Shown: positions 1 to 10,767, numbered from the stretch's first letter. The stretch: DNA of 36,919 bases from Aquificota bacterium (GCA_013153235.1 JAADEU010000057.1:1-36919); one strand, 5' to 3'. A program made the numbers and translations. The notes: generated by a model from the sequence alone, not told the origin.

Positions 1-17
1 TTGAGCTGTTCTTCCAT
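1..17 (-). CDS. 5' end of a gene running off the window (MEEQL...)
   Basis: ATG at 17 on the minus strand preceded by GAGGTGG, just after the stop of the 85-aa gene. Only 5 full codons are visible. Confidence 0.45.
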
Positions 18-29
18 CTTTCCACCTCT

Positions 30-287
30 TTACTTGAGATTTTTCTTGGCACCTTCTATTGCACCAATTATAGCACCTTCAAGTACAGAAAATGTCTTTT
101 TAATCACATTCTCCGTTTCATCCAGTAGCTTGATAACAGTCTCCTTTTTAATCATTTCTCCGGGGCTTTTTTCCAGTGTTTTCATCTTCAGCCTTTCAAG
201 GTCCTGCTTTAGCCTTTCAATTTCCTGCTTGAGTATCTCAACATCCACCTCTTCCCTTTGTTTTTCTTTTTTTTCTGCCATTTTCAT
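30..287 (-). CDS. Small charged coiled-coil hypothetical protein (85 aa)
   Basis: AAGGAGG just upstream of two in-frame ATGs (287 or 281); heptad-like ILKQEIERLKQDLERL; 7 nt downstream of the hslU stop. Confidence 0.75.
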   Translation of the reverse strand: MKMAEKKEKQREEVDVEILKQEIERLKQDLERLKMKTLEKSPGEMIKKETVIKLLDETENVIKKTFSVLEGAIIGAIEGAKKNLK

Positions 288-294
288 TACCTCC

Positions 295-1638
295 TTAAAG
301 TATATATCTTGTAAGGTCTTCGCTCTGTATTACATTTTCTAATTTCTGCCTTACGACCTTTTCGTCAATAATAATGTACTGGCCTTTAAGGTCTGGGGCT
401 TCAAAAGAATAATCCTCCATTATCCGTTCCAGTATTGTGTGGAGTCTCCTTGCCCCTATATTCTCAGTCTTTTCATTTACCTCCTCGGCTATCTCAGCGA
501 TGGTTTCTATCGCATCATCTGTAAACTCTATCTGAACCCCTTCTGTTTCCATGAGAGCTTTATACTGTTTTATAAGTGCGTTTTTTGGCTGGGTTAGAAT
601 CTTAACAAAATCCTCCTTTGTAAGGGGCTGCAGTTCTACCCTGATTGGGAATCTTCCCTGGAGTTCAGGAATCAGGTCCGACGGCTTTGATAGATGGAAC
701 GCACCTGCAGCGATAAACAGGATATGGTCTGTCTTTATGGGACCGTACTTCGTTGACACAGTGGTACCTTCCACTATAGGAAGAAGGTCCCTCTGAACCC
801 CTTCCCGGGAAACATCTGGTGAAGAGCCTGAAGATTTTCCTGTAACCTTGTCTATCTCATCTATAAAGACTATACCGAAGTTTTCTGCCCTGTAGATTGC
901 TTCTGATGCCACCTCGTCCATATCTATAAGTTTTTCCGCTTCCTGCTGCTGGAGGATTTTCAGTGCCTCCTTTACCGTTACCTTCCTTCTTTTCCTTCTG
1001 GAGGGTGTGAGGCTGGAGAACAGGTCCCTCAGCTGGTTTTCTATATCTTCCATTCCAGGTGCAATAACACCCCCTATCACAGAAACAGGTTTTTCCTCAA
1101 CATCTATCTCAACGGTTTTATCATCAAGCTGGCCCTCCCTGAGCATCTGCCTGAATTTCTCCCTTGCAGGGGATTCTTCCTCCTCAAATGATTCAAGTGT
1201 TCCATACCTTCTGATTTTACGGGGGACCAGATAATCAAGAACCTTTTCCTCGGCAAGCTTTCTGGCCTTTTCCTGAACCTCTTCCATTTTTTCAGCTTTT
1301 ACCATTTTAAAGGAAGCCTCTGCCAGTTCCCTGATGATTGATTCAACATCCCGACCAACATATCCAACCTCTGTAAACTTTGTGGCCTCAACTTTTATAA
1401 ACGGAGCTCCAACAAGATTGGCAAGTCTCCTTGCTATCTCCGTTTTACCAACCCCTGTAGGACCTATCATTAGTATGTTTTTAGGTATCACCTCATCCCT
1501 GAGTTCTTCAGGCAGTCTCTGTCTTCTCCACCTGTTTCTCAGGGCAATTGCCACGGCTTTTTTAGCCTCTTTCTGGCCAACTATGTATTTATCAAGTTCC
1601 TGAACAATCTGTTTTGGCGTAAGTTCTTCCCTAATCAA
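295..1638 (-). CDS. hslU: ATP-dependent protease ATPase subunit HslU (ClpY)
   Basis: [17 protein letters not shown], Walker [44 protein letters not shown]-terminal DLTRYIL; TTG start with AAGGAGG. Confidence 0.98.
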   Translation of the reverse strand: MIREELTPKQIVQELDKYIVGQKEAKKAVAIALRNRWRRQRLPEELRDEVIPKNILMIGPTGVGKTEIARRLANLVGAPFIKVEATKFTEVGYVGRDVESIIRELAEASFKMVKAEKMEEVQEKARKLAEEKVLDYLVPRKIRRYGTLESFEEEESPAREKFRQMLREGQLDDKTVEIDVEEKPVSVIGGVIAPGMEDIENQLRDLFSSLTPSRRKRRKVTVKEALKILQQQEAEKLIDMDEVASEAIYRAENFGIVFIDEIDKVTGKSSGSSPDVSREGVQRDLLPIVEGTTVSTKYGPIKTDHILFIAAGAFHLSKPSDLIPELQGRFPIRVELQPLTKEDFVKILTQPKNALIKQYKALMETEGVQIEFTDDAIETIAEIAEEVNEKTENIGARRLHTILERIMEDYSFEAPDLKGQYIIIDEKVVRQKLENVIQSEDLTRYIL

Positions 1639-1650
1639 TTACCGACCTCC

Positions 1651-3783
1651 TTATACCAGTATTGTGTTTTTCTGGTCTACAGACTCAAGTCTTATACGAC
1701 CATCCACCGCATAAATCTGTGAACCCCTCACAAGGAGGGGATTTATGTCCAGTTCCCTAACCTGGGGAAAATCAACAACCAGTCTGGATACATCGATTAA
1801 TATATCAACAAGCTTATCTATTTCCACAGGTTGTTTATCCCTGAATCCGTTTTTCAGCAGTCTGTATATTTTCGTCGACTCAACCATCTGGTGGGCATAA
1901 ACCCCGGATAACGGTGGAAAATCAAAGGAAACATCCTTAAAGAACTCAACCATGGTACCGCCCATCCCAAACATCATATACTGGCGGAATATTTTATCGT
2001 AACTGCTACCTATTACAAGCTCAAAATCCCCTTCAACCTGCTCCTCAACGATTACCCCATAAATACGGGCGTCTTTTTTGTACTTTCTGGCGTTACTTAT
2101 AATCCTATTGTAGGCCTGTCTGAGACTGCTTTCATCTGAAATCCCTGTAATTACACAGCCTGCATCGGATTTGTGGAGTATATCGGGGGAGTTTATCTTA
2201 AGAACTACAGGATACCCAATCTCCCGGGCAAACCTGACCGCCTCATCTTCTGTTGTGGCATTTCTGGTACTGTTAACAGGTATACCGTAGAGGGAGAGAA
2301 TCCTTTTTGTGTCGTACTCTGTAAGCAGGTATTCCCTATCTTCAAGCTTCCTGTCTATGATTTCCTTTACAGCCTGATAGTTCTTACCCCTTTCAACTTT
2401 CAGGGAGTCTTCTTCCACAAGAGCTTTTCTGTAGGTGTACTGGTAGGTCAAAAATGCAGTATCAACCGCTTCTTCAGGTGTATCAAATACCGGTACACCA
2501 TGGGTCTCAAGGAAATATCTGGCCTCTTTCAGCTTCTCCCCTCCCATTAAAACGGCGTAAAATGGCTTATCCTTTCCTGTTGAAACCTGATGAAACACCT
2601 GGGCCGTCTCGTATGGCCGGGTCATATACTGGGGGGTCAAAATACATATGATACCGTCAACCTCTCCGGCATCAAACAGAACCTCGAGGGTTTTCCTGTA
2701 TCTTTCAGGGGAGGCATCCCCGATTATATCAACCGGATTGTTATGGCTCCAGACAGGAGGAAGAAAACTGCTCAGTTTCTCCATGGTTGACCTGGAAAGG
2801 GTAGCCGGCTTTATACCCCACCTGTCAAACTGGTCAGCTGCCATTACACCTGGACCCCCGGCATTTGTCACAACGACGAACCTGTTTCCAGAAGGTACAG
2901 GTTGCTTCGAAAAGGCCTCAGTAAGGTCAAAAAGCTGAAGCACATTCTCAGACCGCACAACACCTGTTCGCTTAAACAACGCAGAATATAGAAAATCTTT
3001 ACCGGCGATTGCACCTGTATGGGAGACCGCCGCCTTCTGTCCTGTTTCCGACCTGCCTGCCTTGGCAACGATGACAGGTTTATTTCTGATTACCCTCCTG
3101 GCCGATGAGGCAAATTTAGACGCCTCAGGAAGACTCTCCATGTAAATCAGTATAGTCTCAACCTCATCTTTGCCGCCAAGATAATCTATAAGGTCCCCAA
3201 AATCTATATCCGCCATGTTACCGATACTGACAGCATAGGAAAAGCCAATCTGTTCCTGATTTGCCCAGTCCATTATGGCTGTAAACAGTGCCCCACTCTG
3301 GGATATAAATGCCGTTTTACCTTTCAGTGGCTTATCAAGACCAAAATTTGCATTCAGGTCAATGATGGTATTTGCAAAACCCAGGCAGTTTGGGCCTAAA
3401 AATCTTATTCCGTACATTCTGGCTTTACGGAGTATCTCTTCCTCTATTTTCTTACCGTCTTCACCTGTCTCTCTGCCACCTGCAGAGATTACAACAGCAG
3501 CTTTCACCCCCTTTTCTCCAAGCTGGTCAAATAGCTGGGGTACGTACTGTATGGGAATACTGATTATGGCAAGGTCAATCTCGTCAGGTATCTCTGTAAT
3601 GGAGTGGTATACCCTGTACCCCTCAAGGCTGTCAATTCGCCTGTTAACCGGATAAACCTTGCCTTTATAACCCCCTTCAATGATATTTTTAAATATGGCA
3701 TAACCGACTTTCTCTTTCTTATCGGTGGCTCCAACAATAGCTATGGAACGGGGGTTAAACAGGGTATCCAGCGTATTTTCCAT
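1651..3783 (-). CDS. ADP-forming acetate/acyl-CoA ligase, fused alpha+beta (CoA-binding, ligase and ATP-grasp domains)
   Basis: LFNPRSIAIVGAT, GPNCLG, SQSGA, phospho-His motif SHTG, TNAGGPGV, ATP-grasp GYPVVLKINSPDILHKSD and ELDINPL; no GNAT domain present. Confidence 0.9.
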   Translation of the reverse strand: MENTLDTLFNPRSIAIVGATDKKEKVGYAIFKNIIEGGYKGKVYPVNRRIDSLEGYRVYHSITEIPDEIDLAIISIPIQYVPQLFDQLGEKGVKAAVVISAGGRETGEDGKKIEEEILRKARMYGIRFLGPNCLGFANTIIDLNANFGLDKPLKGKTAFISQSGALFTAIMDWANQEQIGFSYAVSIGNMADIDFGDLIDYLGGKDEVETILIYMESLPEASKFASSARRVIRNKPVIVAKAGRSETGQKAAVSHTGAIAGKDFLYSALFKRTGVVRSENVLQLFDLTEAFSKQPVPSGNRFVVVTNAGGPGVMAADQFDRWGIKPATLSRSTMEKLSSFLPPVWSHNNPVDIIGDASPERYRKTLEVLFDAGEVDGIICILTPQYMTRPYETAQVFHQVSTGKDKPFYAVLMGGEKLKEARYFLETHGVPVFDTPEEAVDTAFLTYQYTYRKALVEEDSLKVERGKNYQAVKEIIDRKLEDREYLLTEYDTKRILSLYGIPVNSTRNATTEDEAVRFAREIGYPVVLKINSPDILHKSDAGCVITGISDESSLRQAYNRIISNARKYKKDARIYGVIVEEQVEGDFELVIGSSYDKIFRQYMMFGMGGTMVEFFKDVSFDFPPLSGVYAHQMVESTKIYRLLKNGFRDKQPVEIDKLVDILIDVSRLVVDFPQVRELDINPLLVRGSQIYAVDGRIRLESVDQKNTILV

Positions 3784-3854
3784 CTGACTTATTCCTTATT
3801 ATAGGGTTATTATCTACTACTTATACTACTTAAATATATGGGAAAGACCCCCTT

Positions 3855-5474
3855 TCAGGAAGTCTTTCCTCTTTTTTCCCTGTTTTTTAAGGATGCTTCC
3901 ACAAATGCCACAAACAGGGGATGGGGTTTAAATGGTTTACTTTTAAATTCAGGGTGGAACTGGCATGCAACAAACCACTGGTGCATATCTTCAGGGAGCT
4001 CTATTATCTCGGCAAGGTTCTTTGCCCTGTAAACCCCCGAAACAATTAGACCCTTTTCCTCTAAAAGTGGTCTGAATTCAGGGTTAAATTCGTATCTGTG
4101 CCTGTGTCTTTCATAAATCTCCTTTTCACCGTATATCTCATATGCCTTTGTTCCCTCAATCAGGGTACATTTATAAGCCCCAAGCCTCATTGTTCCACCT
4201 TTTTTGTCAACACCTTTCTGGTCTGGCATCAGGTCTATAACAGGGTATGGGGTCTCAGGGTCAAATTCTGTTGAATTGGCCTCCTTCAGTCCTACCACAT
4301 TTCTGGCAAACTCTATAACGGCAACCTGCATACCAAGACAGATTCCAAAATACGGAATATTGTTTTCTCTGGCGTATCTGGCTGTAAGGATTTTTCCCTC
4401 AACACCCCTTTCCCCAAAACCACCTGGAACGAGGATACCGTCAACATCCTTCAGTTTTTCGTCTATATTTTCCTCTGTAAGCTCATCAGCATTTATCCAG
4501 TGGAGGTTAACCTTTGCCTCATTTGGAATCTGGGCATGGGTAAAGGACTCTATAATACTTTTGTAGGCATCCTTCAGTTCAACGTACTTTCCTACTATAC
4601 CTATATCAACCTCTTTTTTCAGCTTTGTCAGAGTGTTAACTATTTTCTGCCAGTGTTTAAGGTCAGGTTCCCTGTACTCAAGGTTCAGGTGTTTTGCAAT
4701 TATCCGGTCAATCTTTTCCTTTCTGAAATACAGCGGAATCCTGTAGATTATATCCACATCAGGGGCCGAGATGACCGCATCCTCCTCAACATTGGTAAAC
4801 AGTGCAAGCTTCCTTTTTATGGCTTTAGGAAGGGGTCTGTCCGCCCTGCATATGAGTATGTCTGGCTGGATACCTATAGCCCTCAGTTCCTTCACCGAAT
4901 GCTGGGAGGGTTTTGTCTTAAGCTCGCCTGCTGCATTTATGTACGGCACGTAAGTAAGGTGTATAAACAGTGCATTCTCTTTTCCAAGTTCAAGGCCCAT
5001 CTGTCTGATTGCTTCAAGGAATGGAAGACTCTCTATATCCCCGACTGTACCTCCAATCTCAACAAGTGCTATCTCAGATTTTGCAGCTGCCCTTTCTATA
5101 CTCTTGATAATCTCATTGGTAAAGTGGGGGATTACCTGAACAGTCGCCCCAAGATATGCTCCTCTCCTTTCCTTTTCAAGCAGGGAGTGGTATAGCTTTC
5201 CTGAGGTTGTGTTGTTGTATTTTGAAAGTGTTACATTTGTGAATCTCTCGTAATGACCCAAATCAAGGTCCGTTTCCGCTCCATCCTCTGTAACATATAC
5301 CTCTCCGTGCTGGTACGGATTCATGGTCCCCGGGTCGATGTTCAGATACGGGTCCAGCTTAAGGAATGTGATTTTATATCCCATGTTTTCAAGGATAGAA
5401 CCGATACTTGCTGATGCGACACCTTTCCCCAGGGAAGAAAGAACACCACCTGTGATAAAAATAAATTTCTGCAC
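3855..5474 (-). CDS. pyrG: CTP synthase
   Basis: [34 protein letters not shown], glutaminase GICLGMQ and QFHPEF; GTG start with GAGGTG. Confidence 0.99.
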   Translation of the reverse strand: MQKFIFITGGVLSSLGKGVASASIGSILENMGYKITFLKLDPYLNIDPGTMNPYQHGEVYVTEDGAETDLDLGHYERFTNVTLSKYNNTTSGKLYHSLLEKERRGAYLGATVQVIPHFTNEIIKSIERAAAKSEIALVEIGGTVGDIESLPFLEAIRQMGLELGKENALFIHLTYVPYINAAGELKTKPSQHSVKELRAIGIQPDILICRADRPLPKAIKRKLALFTNVEEDAVISAPDVDIIYRIPLYFRKEKIDRIIAKHLNLEYREPDLKHWQKIVNTLTKLKKEVDIGIVGKYVELKDAYKSIIESFTHAQIPNEAKVNLHWINADELTEENIDEKLKDVDGILVPGGFGERGVEGKILTARYARENNIPYFGICLGMQVAVIEFARNVVGLKEANSTEFDPETPYPVIDLMPDQKGVDKKGGTMRLGAYKCTLIEGTKAYEIYGEKEIYERHRHRYEFNPEFRPLLEEKGLIVSGVYRAKNLAEIIELPEDMHQWFVACQFHPEFKSKPFKPHPLFVAFVEASLKNREKRGKTS

Positions 5475-5596
5475 TTTCTCACCTCTTTTTGTTTATTTAT
5501 TTTAAAACGAATTACCTGTCCAGTGGAATACTGACAAAAAACAATAGTTATTAACTGGTGATAAAATATTATTTAAAAAAACCGGCAAGGAGCAAG

Positions 5597-7258
5597 ATGA
5601 AAGAAGAAATCAAAGAAAAGATAGTTGAACAAATCAGTAAGGAAATTCCGGAAGTTGAGAAGATAAAGGACAGGATAAAAATAGAGATACCCAAGGAGGA
5701 TAAATTCGGGGATATTGCCCTCAATGTTGCATTCCTCCTTGCAAAACCCCTGAAGAAAAAACCAGTGGAAATAGCCGGCCAGATAAAAGAGATTCTTGAA
5801 AAGATGGAGGATTTTTCAAAGGTTGAGGTTGCCGGAGCCGGCTTTATAAACCTGTTTCTTTCCCGCAGTTACTACGCCAGCGTCCTGAAAAGGATTCTCG
5901 AAGAAAAGGACAGATACGGTGCAGCAAAAGAGCTTAACAGGGGAAGAATCAATGTTGAGTTTGTAAGTGCAAATCCTACAGGGCCACTCCATCTTGGACA
6001 CGGCAGGGGGGCAGTTGTAGGGAATGTACAGTCCAACCTGTACCAGTACATCGGATATAAGGTTGAAAGGGAGTTTTATATCAACGACGCAGGAAACCAG
6101 ATAAAAAAACTTGGGGAATCTGTTTACGCCAGATTCAGACAGATTGAGGACCCTACATACCCCTTCCCTGAAGACGGATACCACGGGGAGTACATAAAGG
6201 AGATTGCAGAACATCTACACAGGTACGAAAGGGAAAAACTCCTTTCAATGGTTGATGAAAAACAGGCAATAGACTTCTGTGCAGAGTTTGCAAAGGAACT
6301 GCTCCTTGAAAGGATAAAAAACGACCTTAAGGAGTTTGGTGTTGAGTTTGATATATGGTTCAGTGAGAAAAAACTGTACACCTCTGGCAAAGTTGATGAG
6401 GCAATACAATTCCTGAGGGAAAAAGGTCTGATATACGAGAAAGATGGTGCAGTGTGGGTAAAAACCACAATGTACGGTGATGACAAAGACAGGGTCATAA
6501 TAAAATCCGACGGAACATATACCTATTTTGCAGGTGACATTGCGTACCATTACGACAAATTCAAGAGGGGATACGACTTTATAGTAAATGTCTGGGGGGC
6601 TGACCACCACGGATACTTTCCCAGACTCAGGGCTGCTGTAATGGCCTTTGGCGTTCCTGAAGACTGGATAAGGGTCATATTTATACAGCTTGTTAAACTG
6701 TTTAGAAACGGGCAGGAAGTGAAAATGTCCAAAAGGTCCGGCAGCTTTGTAACCCTCAAAGAGCTGATTGAAGAGGTTGGAAAAGATGCGGTTATATACT
6801 TCTTCCTTACAAAGGACAGTAATACGCACCTGAACTTTGATATAGACCTGGCCCTCAAAAAAAGTTCTGAAAACCCTGTGTACTATGTACAGTACGCCCA
6901 CGCCAGAATATGCAGTGTATTCAGGGAAACAAAAGAGAGAACCGGATTTGACCCTGAGCAGGACTTTACAGCCGACATACAGCTGTTAAAGGAAGAGACC
7001 GAAAGGGTGCTGATGAAATACCTTTCCTTCATTCCAGACCTGATTGCAGATGCAGCAGAGAAACAGCAACCCCACAAGCTGACCCAGATAACCTACCAGC
7101 TTGCATCAGAGTTCCACTACTACTACAACAACTTCAAGTTTATCACCCCAGATGACGAAAATTTAATGAAGGCAAGACTTTATCTCCTTAAAGCGATAAG
7201 GGAAGCTCTCAGAACCTTATTCAGGCTTATGGGTATTACTCCTGTGGAGAGGATGTAA
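5597..7258 (+). CDS. argS: Arginine--tRNA ligase
   Basis: VEFVSANPTGPLHLGHGRGA (HIGH-type), WGADHHGY, KMSKR, YVQYAHAR, C-terminal ERM. Start moved to ATG 5597, which has AAGGAG upstream. Confidence 0.98.
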   Translation: MKEEIKEKIVEQISKEIPEVEKIKDRIKIEIPKEDKFGDIALNVAFLLAKPLKKKPVEIAGQIKEILEKMEDFSKVEVAGAGFINLFLSRSYYASVLKRILEEKDRYGAAKELNRGRINVEFVSANPTGPLHLGHGRGAVVGNVQSNLYQYIGYKVEREFYINDAGNQIKKLGESVYARFRQIEDPTYPFPEDGYHGEYIKEIAEHLHRYEREKLLSMVDEKQAIDFCAEFAKELLLERIKNDLKEFGVEFDIWFSEKKLYTSGKVDEAIQFLREKGLIYEKDGAVWVKTTMYGDDKDRVIIKSDGTYTYFAGDIAYHYDKFKRGYDFIVNVWGADHHGYFPRLRAAVMAFGVPEDWIRVIFIQLVKLFRNGQEVKMSKRSGSFVTLKELIEEVGKDAVIYFFLTKDSNTHLNFDIDLALKKSSENPVYYVQYAHARICSVFRETKERTGFDPEQDFTADIQLLKEETERVLMKYLSFIPDLIADAAEKQQPHKLTQITYQLASEFHYYYNNFKFITPDDENLMKARLYLLKAIREALRTLFRLMGITPVERM

Positions 7259-7259
7259 G

Positions 7260-7961
7260 ATGGACCAGGATTTAAAAGACGCTATTAAAAAGCTTGAAGA
7301 GGCAAAGCAGAGACAGGAAAAGATTGAGAGGATAATAATACTCCTTTCAGGTCTGTTAATCATCGTTATATTTTCGATAATAGGGATAAATATCTATTCC
7401 GGGAAGGAAGAAACCATTTCAGAACCTGAAATAAACATAGTTGCAAAAGAAGAAAAGGAAAAACAGGAACCACAACCTGCCCCTGTCATTCAGGAGAAAA
7501 AACAGCAGGTAGTTAGCCAACCTGAAGAGAAAAAAACTGAAGAAAAAAAGGAAGTTCAGAAATCCGCTGTAGCCACAAAACAGCAGAAGGAAGAAAATAA
7601 AACCCCTGCAAAAAAAGAGGAAAAACCAAAAACAGAACAGAAAAAAAAGGAAATCAAAGCCGTAGCCACACCGGAAAAACCGGTATCAGGGTCTGAAAAA
7701 AAAGAAGCAAAAAAGCCTGAGAAGAAAAAACCACAGCCACAGGTGAAAACAACCCTTCCATCTGGATACTACATACAGGCAGGGGCTTTCAGTACCAGGA
7801 AAAAGGCAGAAAAACTCCTGAAAAAGCTCAGTTTACCAAATGCATACATAAGAAAAGAGGGTGAGCTTTACAAGGTGCTGATAGGCAGCTTTAAAAACAG
7901 GAAAGAAGCCTACAGATTTATGAAGGAAAAGAATATCAAGGGATTTATAAGAAAAATATAA
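7260..7961 (+). CDS. SPOR-domain cell-division protein (FtsN/DedD-like)
   Basis: Single N-terminal TM helix, K/E/P/Q-rich linker, C-terminal YYIQAGAFS...YKVLIGSF SPOR motif; directly follows argS, a common arrangement. Confidence 0.85.
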   Translation: MDQDLKDAIKKLEEAKQRQEKIERIIILLSGLLIIVIFSIIGINIYSGKEETISEPEINIVAKEEKEKQEPQPAPVIQEKKQQVVSQPEEKKTEEKKEVQKSAVATKQQKEENKTPAKKEEKPKTEQKKKEIKAVATPEKPVSGSEKKEAKKPEKKKPQPQVKTTLPSGYYIQAGAFSTRKKAEKLLKKLSLPNAYIRKEGELYKVLIGSFKNRKEAYRFMKEKNIKGFIRKI

Positions 7962-7979
7962 AAAAGCCCCGTCAGGGGC
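7960..7979 (-). terminator. Probable intrinsic terminator between convergent genes
   Basis: GCCCC-gtca-GGGGC hairpin (7966-7979); the adjacent A-run gives a U-tract on the minus strand after the 423-aa gene. Confidence 0.7.
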
Positions 7980-7988
7980 CTGAATTTA

Positions 7989-9260
7989 TCAGTTTAACTT
8001 TTCTTCAGGTGGTATATCAGCCTCTTTTTCCTCAGTTGATTCAGCCTTACCGTTACCAGAGTCTGCTTCTGCCCTTTTGATAATATCATTCAGCATATTT
8101 GCCAGAAACTCTCCCCTCTGCAGAATGGTATGATTCTGGAATACAGTATCCCTTCCCTGTTTCGCTATGGCTTCCCTTTCCTTTGGAGCCTCTTCCAGAT
8201 AGTATGCTATCTTACCTTCTATCTCAACGGTATCCATAGGATGGTACGTCACAAGGTCCCTACCGTCCACGAGGAATGTCCTTGATGAAAATCTCTCCTC
8301 AACCATCGTAAGTGTGTTTGAACCGAGGGACATAAATACCGTATAGGCCAGTCCTGTAGGAATAAAAGGAGGATGGGACAGCAGTGCTATCTTTGTCTTT
8401 GAGAGGAAGCTTATAATATCCGAGTTATTTATTATGTGCTTGTAAACAACAACATTATCCTTTGTTTCACCCTCAACAGGTCCCAGGATATTTATCTCAA
8501 ATTCTTCAATGGAGTCTATAATATTCCACCTTCTCAGATGCATGGCATAAAGGGTAACCTCTGTCAGATACTGGAAGAATTCTGCCTCCCTTTCCTGCTG
8601 GAACTTTATCATTGCCTGCTGGAAGTCCTGATTAAACTGGGAAAGCAGATATCCGGAGGCAAATCTTACAGGCATATCCGGATTCCTGTACAGCAGTCTT
8701 CCCAGCTCAACGGCAAAACTGAACAGTCCGTCATCAAATCTCTCTTTCCAGGAAAGCTCTATGTTATCCGGGTCTGTTACAGGACCTACAAATGCCACAT
8801 CAAATTCCTTCTCAACATTTGGAGGAGGATAATCTGAAGGGTTTATACCGGGGGCCAGAAAGGCCACATTCTTACCCATCGAACCCAGCCACTGGCCGTG
8901 GTCCAGGTCTATGGTCAGGTAAAGCAGCTGATTTGACTGGAGGGCAGACTTTAATTTGGCAAAGTGAACCATAGGGTCGTCCAGAAACCAGGTAACATGG
9001 ATGTTACCCAGTATATCCGCCAGTATCTTTTGCTGGCCGTCCTTCTCTGCAAATATCAGACCATCAAGATTGAAATCAAAAGTAAAAAGTGGCCTGTACT
9101 CGATAATCTCGTTAACAACCTGCTGGATATTGTCTTTTGTAGGTTCAACAATTTTGACCTCAAAATTCCTTGCAGAAAGGGATTTACTCAGTCCCTCAGT
9201 TAGCGTGTCGACAACACCCCTCGGGTCTGGCGTTTTCACAAAAACTATTCTCGGTTTCAT
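7989..9260 (-). CDS. CgeB-like / glycosyltransferase family 1-like protein
   Basis: WFLDDP, FDVAFVG and a C-terminal DGRDLVTY...KIAYYLE...EREAIAKQGR...HT...R pattern typical of CgeB/Glyco_trans_1_2; GGAGG RBS. Confidence 0.7.
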   Translation of the reverse strand: MKPRIVFVKTPDPRGVVDTLTEGLSKSLSARNFEVKIVEPTKDNIQQVVNEIIEYRPLFTFDFNLDGLIFAEKDGQQKILADILGNIHVTWFLDDPMVHFAKLKSALQSNQLLYLTIDLDHGQWLGSMGKNVAFLAPGINPSDYPPPNVEKEFDVAFVGPVTDPDNIELSWKERFDDGLFSFAVELGRLLYRNPDMPVRFASGYLLSQFNQDFQQAMIKFQQEREAEFFQYLTEVTLYAMHLRRWNIIDSIEEFEINILGPVEGETKDNVVVYKHIINNSDIISFLSKTKIALLSHPPFIPTGLAYTVFMSLGSNTLTMVEERFSSRTFLVDGRDLVTYHPMDTVEIEGKIAYYLEEAPKEREAIAKQGRDTVFQNHTILQRGEFLANMLNDIIKRAEADSGNGKAESTEEKEADIPPEEKLN

Positions 9261-9279
9261 ATTGCCTCCATTTTTATTC

Positions 9280-9288
9280 TGTTATAAT
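9280..9288 (+). promoter_or_regulatory. Extended -10 promoter element (TGtTATAAT)
   Basis: Perfect TGnTATAAT about 40 nt upstream of ATG 9328 in a divergent intergenic gap. Confidence 0.55.
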
Positions 9289-9327
9289 GTTTTGAAATTT
9301 ATTTTACTACAACAAACAGGAAAATTT

Positions 9328-10767
9328 ATGGCTCCAGAAGAAAATAAAAGACAGCTTGTTATTTTTGGTCTGGGCTTTTTCGGTACAAAAATCCTCGAAA
9401 AGCTCTCAAAAGAATGGGAAATAATAGGTATTGATATTGACTCATCCCGTGTACAGCAGCTCACCGAGGAATTTTCTGACTTTGAAAACATCCAGTTTAT
9501 ATCCGGGGACGCTTCAAGTATCCTGACATGGAAGAAATTACAGACAGAGCGGGTCAAATACATAATATCCACTATCAGGGACAGTGATGTTTCCCTTGAG
9601 GTCTGTCGTATCGCAAGGGAGGTGTTTAACCTTGAAGCCTCCATTATGGTTCTACTGTTTGACGAGGAAAGGCAGGAAGAGTTTGAAAAGTTTGAGGTCA
9701 CAATAATAAAACCTGCAGAAATCATAACAAATGCCGTTGTTTCAAAAATTGAAAAGAACTACACCATTGCAACGAATATTGGTCTGGGTAAAGGGGAGAT
9801 AATTGAGGTTCACATCCTTGCCCGTTCCCATCTTGTGGATAGAAAACTCAAGTACCTTAAGCCGTCAAGATGGAGAATCGCGGCAATTTACAGGGACGGT
9901 GAGCTGATAATCCCCACAGGTGAAGAGAGAATCAAAATCGGCGACAGGGTTGTGATTATCGGCGACCCAAAGGTACTGGAAAATCTGGTGAATATACTCC
10001 TGAAGGGAATTCCCCAGTTTCCCCTCCAGTTTGGTGCTAATTTTGCAACTGTTTACCATCCGAAATACAGAAAAACATTTGAAGAGACCTCATATCTGAA
10101 AAAACACACAAAGGCCCATAAACTCCTGATTTTCCCTTACAGGGGATACAATGTCAGGAAGGATTTTGAGTACATTAAGGAAACGGCGGACATATTTGAG
10201 ATAAAAACATCCGTCGGTGACCCTCTGGAACTTTTCAGACTGGAAGAAAATATAGGCGTGGTGTCCATCCCGTTTATAAAACCCCCATTTTTTACCTGGT
10301 TCAGGCTGAAAAAGATTTTCTCCTCAGCAACAAAACCGTTTCTCCTAAGCAGGGGAAGATTCCCGTACAAAGGACTTGTAATATCCCTCAACAGCCCTGA
10401 CCCTGCCTTCACACTTGAAATGGGAATAGAGATATCAAGATTGATGAAGATTCCATTTGAGGTGGTTTTCAGTGTGATGCCTGAGGAACTGAGGGGAATA
10501 GAGGAGGAAGAGGCCCTCAAGGAGAGAAACAGCATAATAAGCGACTTTGAACACATTTACAAAACAGGGATAAAATACTCGGTCCTTGAGGGTAATCCTG
10601 TTAAGAAAACTGTGGAGTATCTGAAGGAAAAGGAAGATTACCTGCTCATCCTCTCATACGATAAGAAAGAGGAAATATCTGTATTTAATCCAAGTGTACC
10701 ATTTTACATAGCCAAAAATGCAAAAAACTCAACCCTCTGTTTTCCTGTAGAGGAAAGCTATGAGTAA
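9328..10767 (+). CDS. RCK (TrkA-N + TrkA-C) protein with C-terminal USP-like domains; probable antiporter regulatory subunit
   Basis: LVIFGLGFFG Rossmann motif, GDASS, TrkA-C IAAIYRDGELIIPTGEERIKIGDRVVIIG, USP-like EGNPVKK. Real start is ATG 9328 (MAPEENK), not 9001. Confidence 0.8.
   Translation: MAPEENKRQLVIFGLGFFGTKILEKLSKEWEIIGIDIDSSRVQQLTEEFSDFENIQFISGDASSILTWKKLQTERVKYIISTIRDSDVSLEVCRIAREVFNLEASIMVLLFDEERQEEFEKFEVTIIKPAEIITNAVVSKIEKNYTIATNIGLGKGEIIEVHILARSHLVDRKLKYLKPSRWRIAAIYRDGELIIPTGEERIKIGDRVVIIGDPKVLENLVNILLKGIPQFPLQFGANFATVYHPKYRKTFEETSYLKKHTKAHKLLIFPYRGYNVRKDFEYIKETADIFEIKTSVGDPLELFRLEENIGVVSIPFIKPPFFTWFRLKKIFSSATKPFLLSRGRFPYKGLVISLNSPDPAFTLEMGIEISRLMKIPFEVVFSVMPEELRGIEEEEALKERNSIISDFEHIYKTGIKYSVLEGNPVKKTVEYLKEKEDYLLILSYDKKEEISVFNPSVPFYIAKNAKNSTLCFPVEESYE

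Noticed and set aside
4500-5195. Long antisense ORFs (231 aa here; also 6245-6901, 20685-21218, 23195-23743 and others)
   Set aside because: They are shadows of well-conserved genes on the opposite strand, with no recognisable motifs or RBS.
5558-5596. GTG start of argS at 5558
   Set aside because: It lies in AT-rich promoter-like DNA without an RBS; ATG 5597 has AAGGAG.
7440-7740. A-rich quasi-repeats in the SPOR gene
   Set aside because: Explained by Lys/Glu codons of a disordered linker; no regular repeat unit or spacer structure.
9001-9327. 109-aa N-terminal extension of the RCK protein in the ORF track
   Set aside because: It overlaps the opposite-strand CgeB-like gene; the Rossmann motif starts right after ATG 9328 and a promoter element lies at 9280-9288.
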